From positions 832,001-896,000 of the forward strand of contig OZ245817.1 of NCBI GenBank assembly GCA_965228475.1: a stretch of DNA of 64,000 bases, written 5' to 3'. This document shows positions 19,676-29,009 of the stretch, in pieces. Made by a program: the position numbers and the translations under genes. This DNA is from Myxococcota bacterium. GTDB taxonomy: Bacteria > Myxococcota_A > UBA9160 > JAFDDA01. Numbering within the stretch: position 1 is the stretch's first letter; each line of letters starts with the position of its first letter. The notes beneath the pieces were generated by a model that worked only from the letters and a program-made list of their open reading frames with translations, was not told the origin of the DNA and searched no databases.

Positions 19676-20422
19676 ATGGACGATCCGGACGGAGGCGAGG
19701 CGGCCGAGGCCAGCGAGAGGACCGCGGCCAGCGAGGTCTCGGTCTTCCGGCGGGAAGCCCTGGCCGTGGTGATTCCCGTCGGCTGGTTCTGCCTGGTCTG
19801 GAGCTTCTACTACGACGCGCTCCGGCTCCCGCCGCGGATTCCCTTCGGCACCGTCGGCCTGGTCCTCGGGGGCGACGTCCTGCCGATGCTCGTCGTGCCG
19901 CTCGCCGTCGTCGTGCTCGGGCTGCGCTGGCCCGTCGCCCGGGTCGGGTTCCGCTGGCCGGGCTTCGGCGCGGCGTTCGGGTACGGCGCCCTGGCCTGGC
20001 TCGCGGTCCTGCCCTTCGTCGTGATCTTCGCCCAGCGCCCGGAGTTCCAGGCGGCGTATCCGTCGGCGGCGTTCCCGCCCGCGCGCGTGCACCCCATCGG
20101 CTTCGCGGCGCTGGCAATCCTCCATCACCTGCCGCAGCTGCTCGCGCTCGAGTTCTGCGTGCGCGGCTTCCTGCTCCAGCCGATCGCGCGCGCCGCCGGC
20201 CTCGGGCCGGCGCTGCTGATCACGGGTGCGCCCTACGTCTGGCTGCACGCGGCGAAGCCACCCCTCGAGCTCTGGCAGGCGGCCTGGGCCGCGGTCGTCT
20301 TCGGTTGGGTGGCGTGGAAGACGCGGTCGTTCTGGCCGGCGTTCCTTGCCCACTGGGCCATCGCCGTGACGATGGACGCCCTCTCGCTCGTGTTCTCGGG
20401 AGGGTTCTCGCCGCCGCGCTAG
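19676..20422 (+). CDS. CPBP (Rce1/CAAX/Abi) intramembrane protease
   Basis: LEFCVRG, LH.AKP..E, TRS.W....AHW motifs; multiple TM segments. Confidence 0.82.
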   Translation: MDDPDGGEAAEASERTAASEVSVFRREALAVVIPVGWFCLVWSFYYDALRLPPRIPFGTVGLVLGGDVLPMLVVPLAVVVLGLRWPVARVGFRWPGFGAAFGYGALAWLAVLPFVVIFAQRPEFQAAYPSAAFPPARVHPIGFAALAILHHLPQLLALEFCVRGFLLQPIARAAGLGPALLITGAPYVWLHAAKPPLELWQAAWAAVVFGWVAWKTRSFWPAFLAHWAIAVTMDALSLVFSGGFSPPR

Positions 20423-20438
20423 CGGCTCGGGTCTCGCG

Positions 20439-21221
20439 CTAGAGCCCGAGCGTCTCCTGCGCCCAGAGGCGGATGCGGAAGAGCGGCCAGGTGGCGTGGT
20501 GGATGCCGCGCACGAGCGGCCGCGGCAGCTTCTTCAGCGCCGGGAACTTCGTGGCGAAGAACTTCATGGCGATGGCCGCCAGGGCCTTGGCGGCGATCAG
20601 GTAGCGCTGGCTCACGTACTCGTCGCGGATCACGTCGACGACGAGCACCACGCGGCGCCGGTCCGTCTTGTTCCAGGCCTTGTGACGGTGCGCGATGGTG
20701 ATCGCGAAGACCTCGCCTTCGTGCCAGGTGCGCGTTTCGCGGGCCACGCGCAGGCCGAGCTCGGGCAGGCCGCCGGGCACGATCAGCCCGAGGTGGTTGC
20801 GGATCACGGCGTTGGTGTCGCCGAAGTGGGCCTTCAGCACGACGCCCGGCTGCAGCACCGCGATCTGCGCGAGGCACATGTTGGGGATGCTCTCGACGAT
20901 TTCCGTCGTGCGCGGGAAGCGCTTGCAGTTCTTGCGCGAGCGCAGGAAGTAGGAGAAGAGGTTCACCGTCTTCCAGCCCGGCTCGCGCCAGGCGTAGGGC
21001 GTGAAGTTCTCCTGGAACTGGTCGGGCTCGGCCTGCCAGACCGCTTCGACCTCTTCGCGGATCGTCTTCCAGTTTTCGCGGAGGATCTTCGTGCTCGGGA
21101 GCTCGTCGACGTCGGGGAACCAGGGAAGCGAGCCCTTGTACCAACTCCCGTCGACGTAGAACCAGAGCGGCTCGGTCGCTTCCGGCGGGGTCACACCCTG
21201 ATGAGTTGCTGCGCTCGACAC
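20439..21221 (-). CDS. Aspartyl/asparaginyl beta-hydroxylase-domain protein (2OG-Fe(II); ASPH/LpxO-like)
   Basis: L.ENW..IREE, H.G.TN...R.HLGL.VP, W.EG, H.AWN...RVVL..D. Confidence 0.85.
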   Translation of the reverse strand: MSSAATHQGVTPPEATEPLWFYVDGSWYKGSLPWFPDVDELPSTKILRENWKTIREEVEAVWQAEPDQFQENFTPYAWREPGWKTVNLFSYFLRSRKNCKRFPRTTEIVESIPNMCLAQIAVLQPGVVLKAHFGDTNAVIRNHLGLIVPGGLPELGLRVARETRTWHEGEVFAITIAHRHKAWNKTDRRRVVLVVDVIRDEYVSQRYLIAAKALAAIAMKFFATKFPALKKLPRPLVRGIHHATWPLFRIRLWAQETLGL

Positions 21222-21413
21222 CTGCGGCTGCCTCGGAGAAGGAAGTCACCATGCTACCGCCGGGCCGCGGCAGCGGACACCCCGTTCCGGCGCCGAACGG
21301 GTTCGATGCGCAACGCGGCGGCGTCTCGGACGGGTATGGTACCGGCGGTGATGGCATTCCCTTTCGGCACCGCGCCGTGTGGCGCGATCCCACGCACTGG
21401 CGCTTTCTGACCC

Positions 21414-23402
21414 ATGTCGCCGTGGGCTTCGAGCGCCTTCGCCCTGGGGACGGGGCTTCTCGCGCTGGCCGTCGCCGCGTGGGGCCCGGGCTGGCTGCTC
21501 GCCCGCCGCCTCGGGCTCGGGCGCGCTGGGCTCGAGCGGTTCGCGATCGCGTGGAGTCTCGGACGCCTGTTCTTTTCCCTCGCCGCGTGGATCTCGATCT
21601 CCACCGTCGGGCCCGTGGGCGTGTGGGGCTACGCCGGGGCCTGCGCGGCCGCGCTCGTCGTGGCGTGGCGGAACGAAGGCCCGTCCGGCGAGGCCGCGTC
21701 CCAGGGCCAGGCTCGCTGGCCCCTCCTGCTCGCGGCCGCCGCGGGGCTCCTGCTGGTCTTCGCCGTCGTCGGCTCGAGCGGGGTTCCCGACGGCCGCGGC
21801 GGCCTCGTGTTCCAGGGGCGCGACGCCGTGAACGACCCGCTCGTCTACACGGCCATCGCGACCCGGCTCTACGAGACCGGCTGGCCGCTCCACTACCCGC
21901 TCGGCGCCGGCGCCACGACGACCTCGACCTACCTCCCCTACGGCGTGTTCGTCGGCCTGCACGCCCTCGGCGTGCCCATGCTCGACGCCGTGCTGCGCGT
22001 CGTTCCCGCCGCCGAGGCGACGGCCCTCGGGCTGGCCGCGGTCGCCCTGGCGCTCCGGCTCGCGGCCGGCTCCCTTGCGGCGGGCCTCGCCGGCCTGCTC
22101 GTGGCGCTCGGTGCGGGGCTCTCGGGCTGGGCGGTGTTCGCGGCGCGGCTCCTCGGTGCGGGCGCCGTACCGATCGCGAGCTGGGCCTTCTTCGGGCCCT
22201 ACCTGCTCGCCTTCAACCCGCTGGCACCCGCCCTGCAGACGAGCTTCGCGGTCCTGCTCCTGCTGGCGGCGCTTCCCGCGGCCGCGGGCGCGCGGGCCGT
22301 GCCTGTGGTGGCCGGTGTGCTCGTGGCCTCCCTCTTCGAGACGAAGCTCTTCGTCTTCGCGCCGGTGTTCGTGGCGCTGGCCGCGGTGGCCTTCGTCTTC
22401 CCGCCGGCCGGCATGGCCCGCGCGCTGCGCACGGCCTTCGGCGTGGCCGCCGTCGTCGTCCTGCCGTTCCTCGCGGAGAAGCTCTTCTGGGCCGCGCAGC
22501 TCCGCGGCCGCGAGACCACCGCCTTCCTTCCCTGCCCGGGCTGTCTTCCCCGCTACCTGATCGACGGTTCCTTCTTCTCGGGGGATCTCGGTTTCGCGCG
22601 CTTCGAGACGTTCGCGTGGAGCGCCTGGCTCGCCCCCGGCGAGATCGCGGCGGCGGCCGCCGCGTCCATCGCGATGCTGGTCCTCGGCCTCGGGCTCCGC
22701 CTCGCCGCGGCCCCGGTGTTGGCGCGGGGAGCGCGCAGCGGGGAGCCCTCGGCCGCGGCGCTCCACCGCGTGGCAGGTCTGGCGATCGTGGCGGCGCTCG
22801 GCGCATCGCTCCTCGTGACGACGCGCCCGCACTACCTGAACGGTGCGCAGTTCGCGACGACGGCGGGCGTCCTGGCCTGGCCCTTCGCCGCCGTCGCGCT
22901 GGCGGCCTTCGTCGCCCGGAGGCGCTGGCTCGGGGCGCTGTTGCTCGCCGCTGCCCTGGCCCCGGGAGCGGCCCTTCCTCTCGTGGATCTCGGCCTGAGC
23001 GCCCGGCCGCTGCGGGTGGTCTCCGAAGACCGCCTCGCCCTGGCCCGCGCCGTCGGAGAGCGGACCGCGCCGGGCGACGTCCTCGTCGAGCCGTCCCTGC
23101 TCGCCGACGAGGACTTCCCTTCGGCCCTCACCTGGTACGGCGGCCGTTCCTCCTACCTGACGCTGCTCTCGGCCGCGAAGATCCTGCCCGAGGCGGAGCT
23201 CCTCGCCCGCCACGAGCGCATCGCGACGATCTTCACGAGCCGCGACCGCCGCACGGCGCTGGCCGCGCTCGCGGAGACGGGCGCGGGCTGGGTCGTCGAG
23301 ACCCGCGCCCACCCGCTGCGCTTCGACCCCGGCCCGGCCCTGGCCTTGGAGCTCGAGCTGCCGGGCGGGCGCCTCTACCGGGTCGTCGCGCCGCGCCCCT
23401 AG
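21414..23402 (+). CDS. Polytopic membrane protein, GT-C-like
   Basis: More than 12 hydrophobic segments, early loop with D..NDP..Y, C-terminal soluble domain; GT-C assignment is inference. Confidence 0.6.
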   Translation: MSPWASSAFALGTGLLALAVAAWGPGWLLARRLGLGRAGLERFAIAWSLGRLFFSLAAWISISTVGPVGVWGYAGACAAALVVAWRNEGPSGEAASQGQARWPLLLAAAAGLLLVFAVVGSSGVPDGRGGLVFQGRDAVNDPLVYTAIATRLYETGWPLHYPLGAGATTTSTYLPYGVFVGLHALGVPMLDAVLRVVPAAEATALGLAAVALALRLAAGSLAAGLAGLLVALGAGLSGWAVFAARLLGAGAVPIASWAFFGPYLLAFNPLAPALQTSFAVLLLLAALPAAAGARAVPVVAGVLVASLFETKLFVFAPVFVALAAVAFVFPPAGMARALRTAFGVAAVVVLPFLAEKLFWAAQLRGRETTAFLPCPGCLPRYLIDGSFFSGDLGFARFETFAWSAWLAPGEIAAAAAASIAMLVLGLGLRLAAAPVLARGARSGEPSAAALHRVAGLAIVAALGASLLVTTRPHYLNGAQFATTAGVLAWPFAAVALAAFVARRRWLGALLLAAALAPGAALPLVDLGLSARPLRVVSEDRLALARAVGERTAPGDVLVEPSLLADEDFPSALTWYGGRSSYLTLLSAAKILPEAELLARHERIATIFTSRDRRTALAALAETGAGWVVETRAHPLRFDPGPALALELELPGGRLYRVVAPRP

Positions 23403-23432
23403 CGGGCGTCCGCAACGGCTAGGCTTGGCCGC

Positions 23433-24905
23433 GTGCGGCCCCGCGTTCTCGAAACCTGGCTCTTCCTCGCCGTCATGGTGCTCTACCTGCCCTCGGCCGG
23501 GTTCGGCTGGGTCTACGACGACACCGAGGTCGTGCGCATGCAGGAGCCCGCGGACTCGCTCTCGGACGTCGTGCAGATCTTCTCCGAGCCCCACGGCCTG
23601 CCGCTCTCGCAGCTGCCCTACTACCGCGCGACGACCCGGGCGAGCCTGCTCGTCCAGAAGGCCGTCCACGGCGACCGCCCCGGGCCCTTCCACGTCGCGA
23701 ACGCGGTGCTCGCGGGCCTCGCCGCGCTGGGTGTCTTCTGGCTGCTGCGCGCGCCGCGGGTCGGGCTCGCTCCCGGCTACGCGGCCCTAGGCGCCGCGGC
23801 CTTCGCCGTCCACCCCGTCGTCTCCTCGTGCGTGTACCCGATCGCCTCGGGCCGCGAGACGCTCCTTCCGATGACCTGCGCGCTGTTCGCCATCGCGGCC
23901 TGGCTGCGGGGCGGCGTGCGGGGGCGCGCGCTCGGGACGGCGCTCGTCGGCCTGGCCCTGCTCGGCAAGGAGCAGGCGCTCGTTCTCCCGCTCGTCCTGC
24001 TCTCGGCCGAGGCCTTCGCGATGACGCCGGACCCGCCCGGCCGTTCGCCGCGCGCCTGGCTGCTGCGCGCCCTGCCGCTCGCGGGCGTCACGGTGGCCTA
24101 CCTCGTGCTGCGGGGGCAGGTCCTGCCGCCCTCGGACGTCGACGCGAACCCGCTCGTCTTCATCGCCCAGCACCTCCTCGCGAACCCGCTCGGCCCGCTG
24201 CAGTCGCTGCTCTTCGCGGCCCAGTCCTGGTTCCTGCCCGCCGGCCAGCTCGCCTACGAGCCGGAGTTCGCCATCTGGTTCTCGCCGCTCCGCTCGCTCG
24301 CGGCGCTGGCGCTCCTGGCGGTGGTCTTCGTCGGCGCGCGTCGAGGGGCCGGCCTCCGGCAAGCCCTCCACTGGCTGGCCTTCGTCCCGCTGGCCCTCGC
24401 GCTGACGCTGAACCTCTTCCCGCAGGAAGCGCGCTTCGCGGAGCGCTTCCTGCTGCTCTCCTCCCTCGGGTTCGCCGCACTCCTCGCCCACGCCGTGCAG
24501 GCGGCGCCGGCGGGCCGGCCGGCGTGGGCCGCGCGCGGGGCCGCGGCGGTCTTCGTCCTGCTGCTCGCGGGCACGAGCATGGTCCGCGGGCAGGCCTTCC
24601 TCGACGAGCTGGCCTTCGCCGAGCGCTGGGTCGAGAGCGACCCCGAGCGGGCGACGGCGCGCTTCATCCTCGGCACCGCCCTGGCGCGTCGGGGGGAGAC
24701 CCCCGATGCCCTCGAGCAGCTCCGTACCGCGGTCCGCCTGGCGCCGGAGCTCACGGAGGCGCAGTACAACCTCGGCGTGCTGCTGGCGAACCAGGGGCGG
24801 GACCGAGAGGCCGAGGCCGCATTCCGGCAGGTGCTGCGCCTGAACCCCGCCGACGCCGAGGCCCGCGCCGCGCTCGACGCCCTCACGGGGGCCCGGACCC
24901 GCTGA
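23433..24905 (+). CDS. TMTC-like GT-C glycosyltransferase with C-terminal TPRs
   Basis: WVYDD, YYR, FHVAN, FAVHP, SGR, KE, AERFL, followed by TPRs (AQYNLGVLL). Confidence 0.8.
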   Translation: MRPRVLETWLFLAVMVLYLPSAGFGWVYDDTEVVRMQEPADSLSDVVQIFSEPHGLPLSQLPYYRATTRASLLVQKAVHGDRPGPFHVANAVLAGLAALGVFWLLRAPRVGLAPGYAALGAAAFAVHPVVSSCVYPIASGRETLLPMTCALFAIAAWLRGGVRGRALGTALVGLALLGKEQALVLPLVLLSAEAFAMTPDPPGRSPRAWLLRALPLAGVTVAYLVLRGQVLPPSDVDANPLVFIAQHLLANPLGPLQSLLFAAQSWFLPAGQLAYEPEFAIWFSPLRSLAALALLAVVFVGARRGAGLRQALHWLAFVPLALALTLNLFPQEARFAERFLLLSSLGFAALLAHAVQAAPAGRPAWAARGAAAVFVLLLAGTSMVRGQAFLDELAFAERWVESDPERATARFILGTALARRGETPDALEQLRTAVRLAPELTEAQYNLGVLLANQGRDREAEAAFRQVLRLNPADAEARAALDALTGARTR

Positions 24906-25047
24906 TTTTCCGCTCCGAGTACCCCCGGCGCTGGGTCGGGAATTAGACCGGATGGGAAGCCGGGTTCCCTCCCCACGGAACGGTTTTTCCCTCCAAGCCG
25001 GGGACCCGAAGTCCCGCGGGGACGCCGTCGCATGCGAAGCGTAATGA

Positions 25048-25113
25048 TTTCAAACACTTGCAGGGTTCTTGCGCCCTCGGAATCGGGGTCCGAAAGATGG
25101 CCCCGTGTTTGCA
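25048..25113 (+). promoter_or_regulatory. IHF site and sigma54 (-24/-12) promoter
   Basis: TTTCAAACACTTG (25048-25060); TGGCCCCGTGTTTGCA (25098-25113) versus consensus TGGCAC-N5-TTGCW. Confidence 0.7.
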
Positions 25114-25174
25114 CTACTGCCGGGCACTGGGAAAGGACTGTCTGGAAATCACTCCAGGCAGGGAAGGGGATGAA

Positions 25175-26161
25175 ATGCGACTGTTGTTTTCTCTGACTGC
25201 CGCTGCGGCCTTGCTTCTGGGTTCGGCCCCCGCGCACGCTTTCAACATTCAGTTCGGTGCCGCCACGAACAACACCTCGTGCTCGACGGGTGGGAACAGC
25301 GGCGACCGCAGCTGCACGAGTTCGGCGTCCATCAACAATGGCGCCCTCGACGCCTCCGCGAGCCTGAACATCCGCGGCCAGGCCTCGGCCGACCACGGCA
25401 TCACGACGAACCCCGACGCGTTCGCCGACATCACCGTGAGCTACGACATTCCGTACACGATCACGCGCACCGTCGAGGTGAGCGCGCCGTTCACGATGTC
25501 GATTCCGGTGCTCCAGCTGACCTTCAACGCCAACTACAGCGGCACCGCGGCCTATGACAGCACGCAGGTGGGCGGTGGCTGGGCCAACGCCGAAGCCGGC
25601 TTCGGGGCGGCCCTGGCCGACGTGGGTGGTGGCAACCTCGTGTTCAGCACGGTGGGCTACAGCGGCAGCTCGGCCAGCGGTGCCAGCGGCAGCGCGAACA
25701 ACCCGTTCAACGACGGCAGCCCGGACCCGAGCGCCACGCTGACGGGCGACTACCAGGGCAACGTCGGCGAGATCAACCTGTTCTCGGAGGTCCCGACGGA
25801 CTTCCAGGCCTGGTCGGACTCGGTCGCCAGCTACGCCAACGGCGGGAACTTCCCGGCGGGCAACTACATCACCCAGACCTACAGCGACGTGATCCGGGTG
25901 AGCTTCCGCCTCCGCGCCGAATCGCGCCCCCAGGGCTCGGTCTCGACGACGGGTGGCGAGGCCATCGCCTGCGCCGGCCTGAGCACGACCCTCGGCGGCT
26001 TCTCGCTGAACCCGAACTGTGGCAGCGGCTTCAACCTGACGGCCTCGCTCGCGCAGACCGGCACCTTCGACTTCACGGTGCCGGAGCCGAGCACGATGGC
26101 GCTCCTCGGAGCGAGCATCTTCGGCCTCGTCTGGATGGGCCGCCGCGTCCGCAAGGACTAA
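25175..26161 (+). CDS. PEP-CTERM sorting domain protein (Ser/Thr/Gly/Asn-rich)
   Basis: Signal peptide ending AHA; VPEPSTMALLG + TM helix + RRVRK; four Cys. Confidence 0.93.
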   Translation: MRLLFSLTAAAALLLGSAPAHAFNIQFGAATNNTSCSTGGNSGDRSCTSSASINNGALDASASLNIRGQASADHGITTNPDAFADITVSYDIPYTITRTVEVSAPFTMSIPVLQLTFNANYSGTAAYDSTQVGGGWANAEAGFGAALADVGGGNLVFSTVGYSGSSASGASGSANNPFNDGSPDPSATLTGDYQGNVGEINLFSEVPTDFQAWSDSVASYANGGNFPAGNYITQTYSDVIRVSFRLRAESRPQGSVSTTGGEAIACAGLSTTLGGFSLNPNCGSGFNLTASLAQTGTFDFTVPEPSTMALLGASIFGLVWMGRRVRKD

Positions 26162-26200
26162 GACCGGATCGACTTCCACTCTTTCTCGGTATGCAGGAAC

Positions 26201-26231
26201 GCCGGGAGGGCTTTAGCCCTCCCGGCTTCTT
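26201..26231 (+). terminator. Rho-independent terminator
   Basis: GCCGGGAGGGC-TTTA-GCCCTCCCGGC followed by TTCTT. Confidence 0.75.
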
Positions 26232-26460
26232 GCGTTGAGCCGCTGACTGCGCCTCTGCTCGGCTAGAGCGTCGACGTGTGCTGGGTCGAAGCGTCCCGCC
26301 CTTGGACCCAAGGATGCTCTCGGCGCCTGGCCGTCGGGCCGCCCGGTCGGGAAGCCCGGCCCATGGATCTCGCCCTCCGACACCTGACTCCCCGCCGTCG
26401 CTCCAGCAGGTCCTCGAATTCCAGAAGGCCCGTTGATCCGGGAGCGGTGAGCGTTGCCCG

Positions 26461-28935
26461 CTAGGACGTCTCGCTGGGCTTGGAGAGCGTATCCTGGAGG
26501 ACCCGGAGTTCCCGGGCCGTCTCGCTCTCCGCAAGGGCTTCCGGGGCATTCTCGAGCGCCTCGTCCACGACGCTCCGCGCCTTCTCGACCTCCCCGTTCG
26601 CCTGGAGGGCCAGGGCGAGGTGCAGGCGGACCAGCGTCGCCGCCGGGTGGTCCGGGTGGATCAGCGAGAGCGACTCCTGGAAGTACCCGATCGCCGCGGA
26701 GGGGATGCCCTTCTTGAGGAGCACCCAGCCGAGGGTGTCCGCCGTCTCGGGGAAGTTCGGCAGGCGGGCCTTGGCCTCCTGGGCGAGATCGAGGGCGAAG
26801 TCGAGCTCCTCGCCGCGCTCGGCCAGCAGCCAGGCGAGATTGTTCTGGGCGACGGCCAGCTCGGGATCGAGGCGCAGGGCCTCGCGGTAGCGCTCGATCG
26901 CTTCGTCCTCGCGGCCGGTGGCTTCGTAGAGGCGCGCCAGGGTGACGCGGAGGACGCCGACGTCCGGGTTCGCGGCGGCGGCGCGCTCGTAGTTCCCGAC
27001 GATCTCGTCGGAGCGCCCGCTCTCGAGCATGAACTGGGTGAGCACGCCGTAGCTGCGCAGGTCTTGCGGGTTCAGCTCGATGGCCTTGGCGAGGCGGCGC
27101 TCGGCCTCCTCGTTGCGGCCGAGGACCATGGCGGCCCGCCCGGCCAGCCGGTGGAGCCGGGCGTCGTTCGGCACGGCCTCGAGGGCCGCCTTCACGCGGA
27201 CCATGGAGTCGTTGGCGCGTCCGGTGCGTTGATCGATCTCGAACAGGGCGATCAGGATCTCCGGATCGTTCGGCTTCAGGGCGAGGGATTGGAGCAGGGT
27301 CTTGCGGCCCCCCTCGAGGTCGCCGCCCGCCGCCTGGAGCTGCCCCTGGGCATAGAGGGCCTCGGCGCCGCGGCCCGAGCTCGGGATGCTGCCGATCTCC
27401 CGGGCGGCTTCCTCCCGGCGGCCCGTCGCGAGCAGGGCGTCGGCCACGAGGAGCCGGGCCGCGTGGGCGTCGGGGTTGCCGCGCAGGACGGCGCGCGCGT
27501 GTTCGAGCGCGGCCTCGGCCTGGCCGGTGCGGAGCAGCAGCGTGGCCAGCCAGTGCCGCGTCTCGAGGCTGCTCGGCTCGAGCTGCAGGGCCCGTTCGTA
27601 CTCCGCCTGGGCGGCGGGGATCCGGCCGAGCGCCTCGAGGGAGCGGCCGAGCAGCACGTGGGCGCGTGCCCACTCGGGCTGGCGGTCGAGCACGCGGCGG
27701 GCCGAGGAGGCCGCTTCGTCGGCGCGGCCCTCGGCGAGTTCGAGCCAGCCGCGCACCAGCCGCGCCTCGGGCTGGCCCTCGTCCCGGGCGAGCTCCGCAT
27801 CGATGATCGCGCGGCCCCGGGCGCGCAGGGAGGCGTCCCCGCCCGCGTAGGAAGACTGGATCAGCAGCTCGGCCTTGCGGATCCGGGCTTCGGAGCCGGC
27901 GCCCTTCTCGAGGGCCTCCTCGATCGCTTCGAGGGCGCCGTCGAGGTCGCCTCGCGTTCGCCGGAAGTCCGCGAGCTGGAGGGCCGGGCCCGGGGCGTTC
28001 TCCGGGGCCGCCGCCGCGGCGCGCGCGAGGGTGGCCTCGGCCTTCTCGAGGTCGCCGCTGGCGTGGTGGATGCCGGCCAGGGATCGGATGAGCTGGGGGT
28101 CGTTCTCCCGCTCCTGGAGGCCGGCCTCGAGGACCTCGGCGGCCTCCCGGCCCTGGCCGCGGGCGAAGAGGAAGCCCGCGAGGGCCTGGTAGGCGCGGAC
28201 CTTCTCGCCCGGGGCCGCGCTCTCGACGGCTCCGCGGTGCAGGGCCTCGGCCTCGGCGTCGCCGGCCCGGTCGCGGCTCAGGAAGCGGGCCAGGATCATC
28301 GTCGAGTCGAAGCCGGGCTCGAGCTCGGCGAGCTTTCGGTAGTGGGCCTCCGCGGTGGCCCGTTCGCCCTCGGCCTCGAGCATCTGGGCCAGGACGAACA
28401 GCGGCGCGCCTTCCTCCGGCGCGAGTTCGACCGCCTCGACCAGGGTCGTCTTGGCCTCTCCCGCCCGGCCGAGGGCCTGCAGAGCGCGGCCCTTGGCGAG
28501 GAGCGCCACCCAGCGCTTCGGGTCGTCCTCCGCGAGCGTCTCGGCGTCGAGGACCCGCTGGGCATGCTCGACCGCCGCTTCCTGCGCCTCGATGTCGCCG
28601 AACCGCAGCAGCCGGGCCAGGTGGATGCGGGCCGGGTAGTGGTCCGGGTCGAGCCGGACCGTCTCGTCGAGCTCCCACAGAGCCTGCTGGAGCCGCTGGC
28701 CATCGAGATAGGCCCGCGCGAGCCCGTAGTGGGCGTCGACCGAGTTCGGGTCGATGCGCAGGGCCTCCTTGAAGAGGCGAACCGCCTCTCCCGGGTCCCC
28801 GGCCACCAGCGCCGCCTTGCCGCCGGAGAGGTTCGCTTCCAGCTCGGCGGCCGGGTCACTGCAGCCCGCGGCGGCGAAGGTGCCGAGGCACGCCAGAAGG
28901 GCGAGGAAGGATCGGGTCCGGAACCGCTGCGGCAT
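26461..28935 (-). CDS. TPR-repeat lipoprotein, PrsT-like (PEP-CTERM system)
   Basis: Lipobox AAGC, TPRs throughout, C-terminal NNLAWLL..DTLGWV..HLA.AL; adjacent to a PEP-CTERM gene. Confidence 0.8.
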   Translation of the reverse strand: MPQRFRTRSFLALLACLGTFAAAGCSDPAAELEANLSGGKAALVAGDPGEAVRLFKEALRIDPNSVDAHYGLARAYLDGQRLQQALWELDETVRLDPDHYPARIHLARLLRFGDIEAQEAAVEHAQRVLDAETLAEDDPKRWVALLAKGRALQALGRAGEAKTTLVEAVELAPEEGAPLFVLAQMLEAEGERATAEAHYRKLAELEPGFDSTMILARFLSRDRAGDAEAEALHRGAVESAAPGEKVRAYQALAGFLFARGQGREAAEVLEAGLQERENDPQLIRSLAGIHHASGDLEKAEATLARAAAAAPENAPGPALQLADFRRTRGDLDGALEAIEEALEKGAGSEARIRKAELLIQSSYAGGDASLRARGRAIIDAELARDEGQPEARLVRGWLELAEGRADEAASSARRVLDRQPEWARAHVLLGRSLEALGRIPAAQAEYERALQLEPSSLETRHWLATLLLRTGQAEAALEHARAVLRGNPDAHAARLLVADALLATGRREEAAREIGSIPSSGRGAEALYAQGQLQAAGGDLEGGRKTLLQSLALKPNDPEILIALFEIDQRTGRANDSMVRVKAALEAVPNDARLHRLAGRAAMVLGRNEEAERRLAKAIELNPQDLRSYGVLTQFMLESGRSDEIVGNYERAAAANPDVGVLRVTLARLYEATGREDEAIERYREALRLDPELAVAQNNLAWLLAERGEELDFALDLAQEAKARLPNFPETADTLGWVLLKKGIPSAAIGYFQESLSLIHPDHPAATLVRLHLALALQANGEVEKARSVVDEALENAPEALAESETARELRVLQDTLSKPSETS

Positions 28936-29009
28936 GGCGCTCTCCAAGGAGTGAGGACGCGGCATGGTAGCAACGGGGCAGGGCTCCTCCCCCTGGTGGG
29001 AGGGTCGCG

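Noticed and set aside
19676..20422. CPBP 'Abi' protein as a phage-defence system
   Set aside because: The family name alone is not evidence, and there is no defence-island context
26232..26460. Intergenic stretch as an ncRNA
   Set aside because: Only weak GC hairpins and no recognisable RNA family motif
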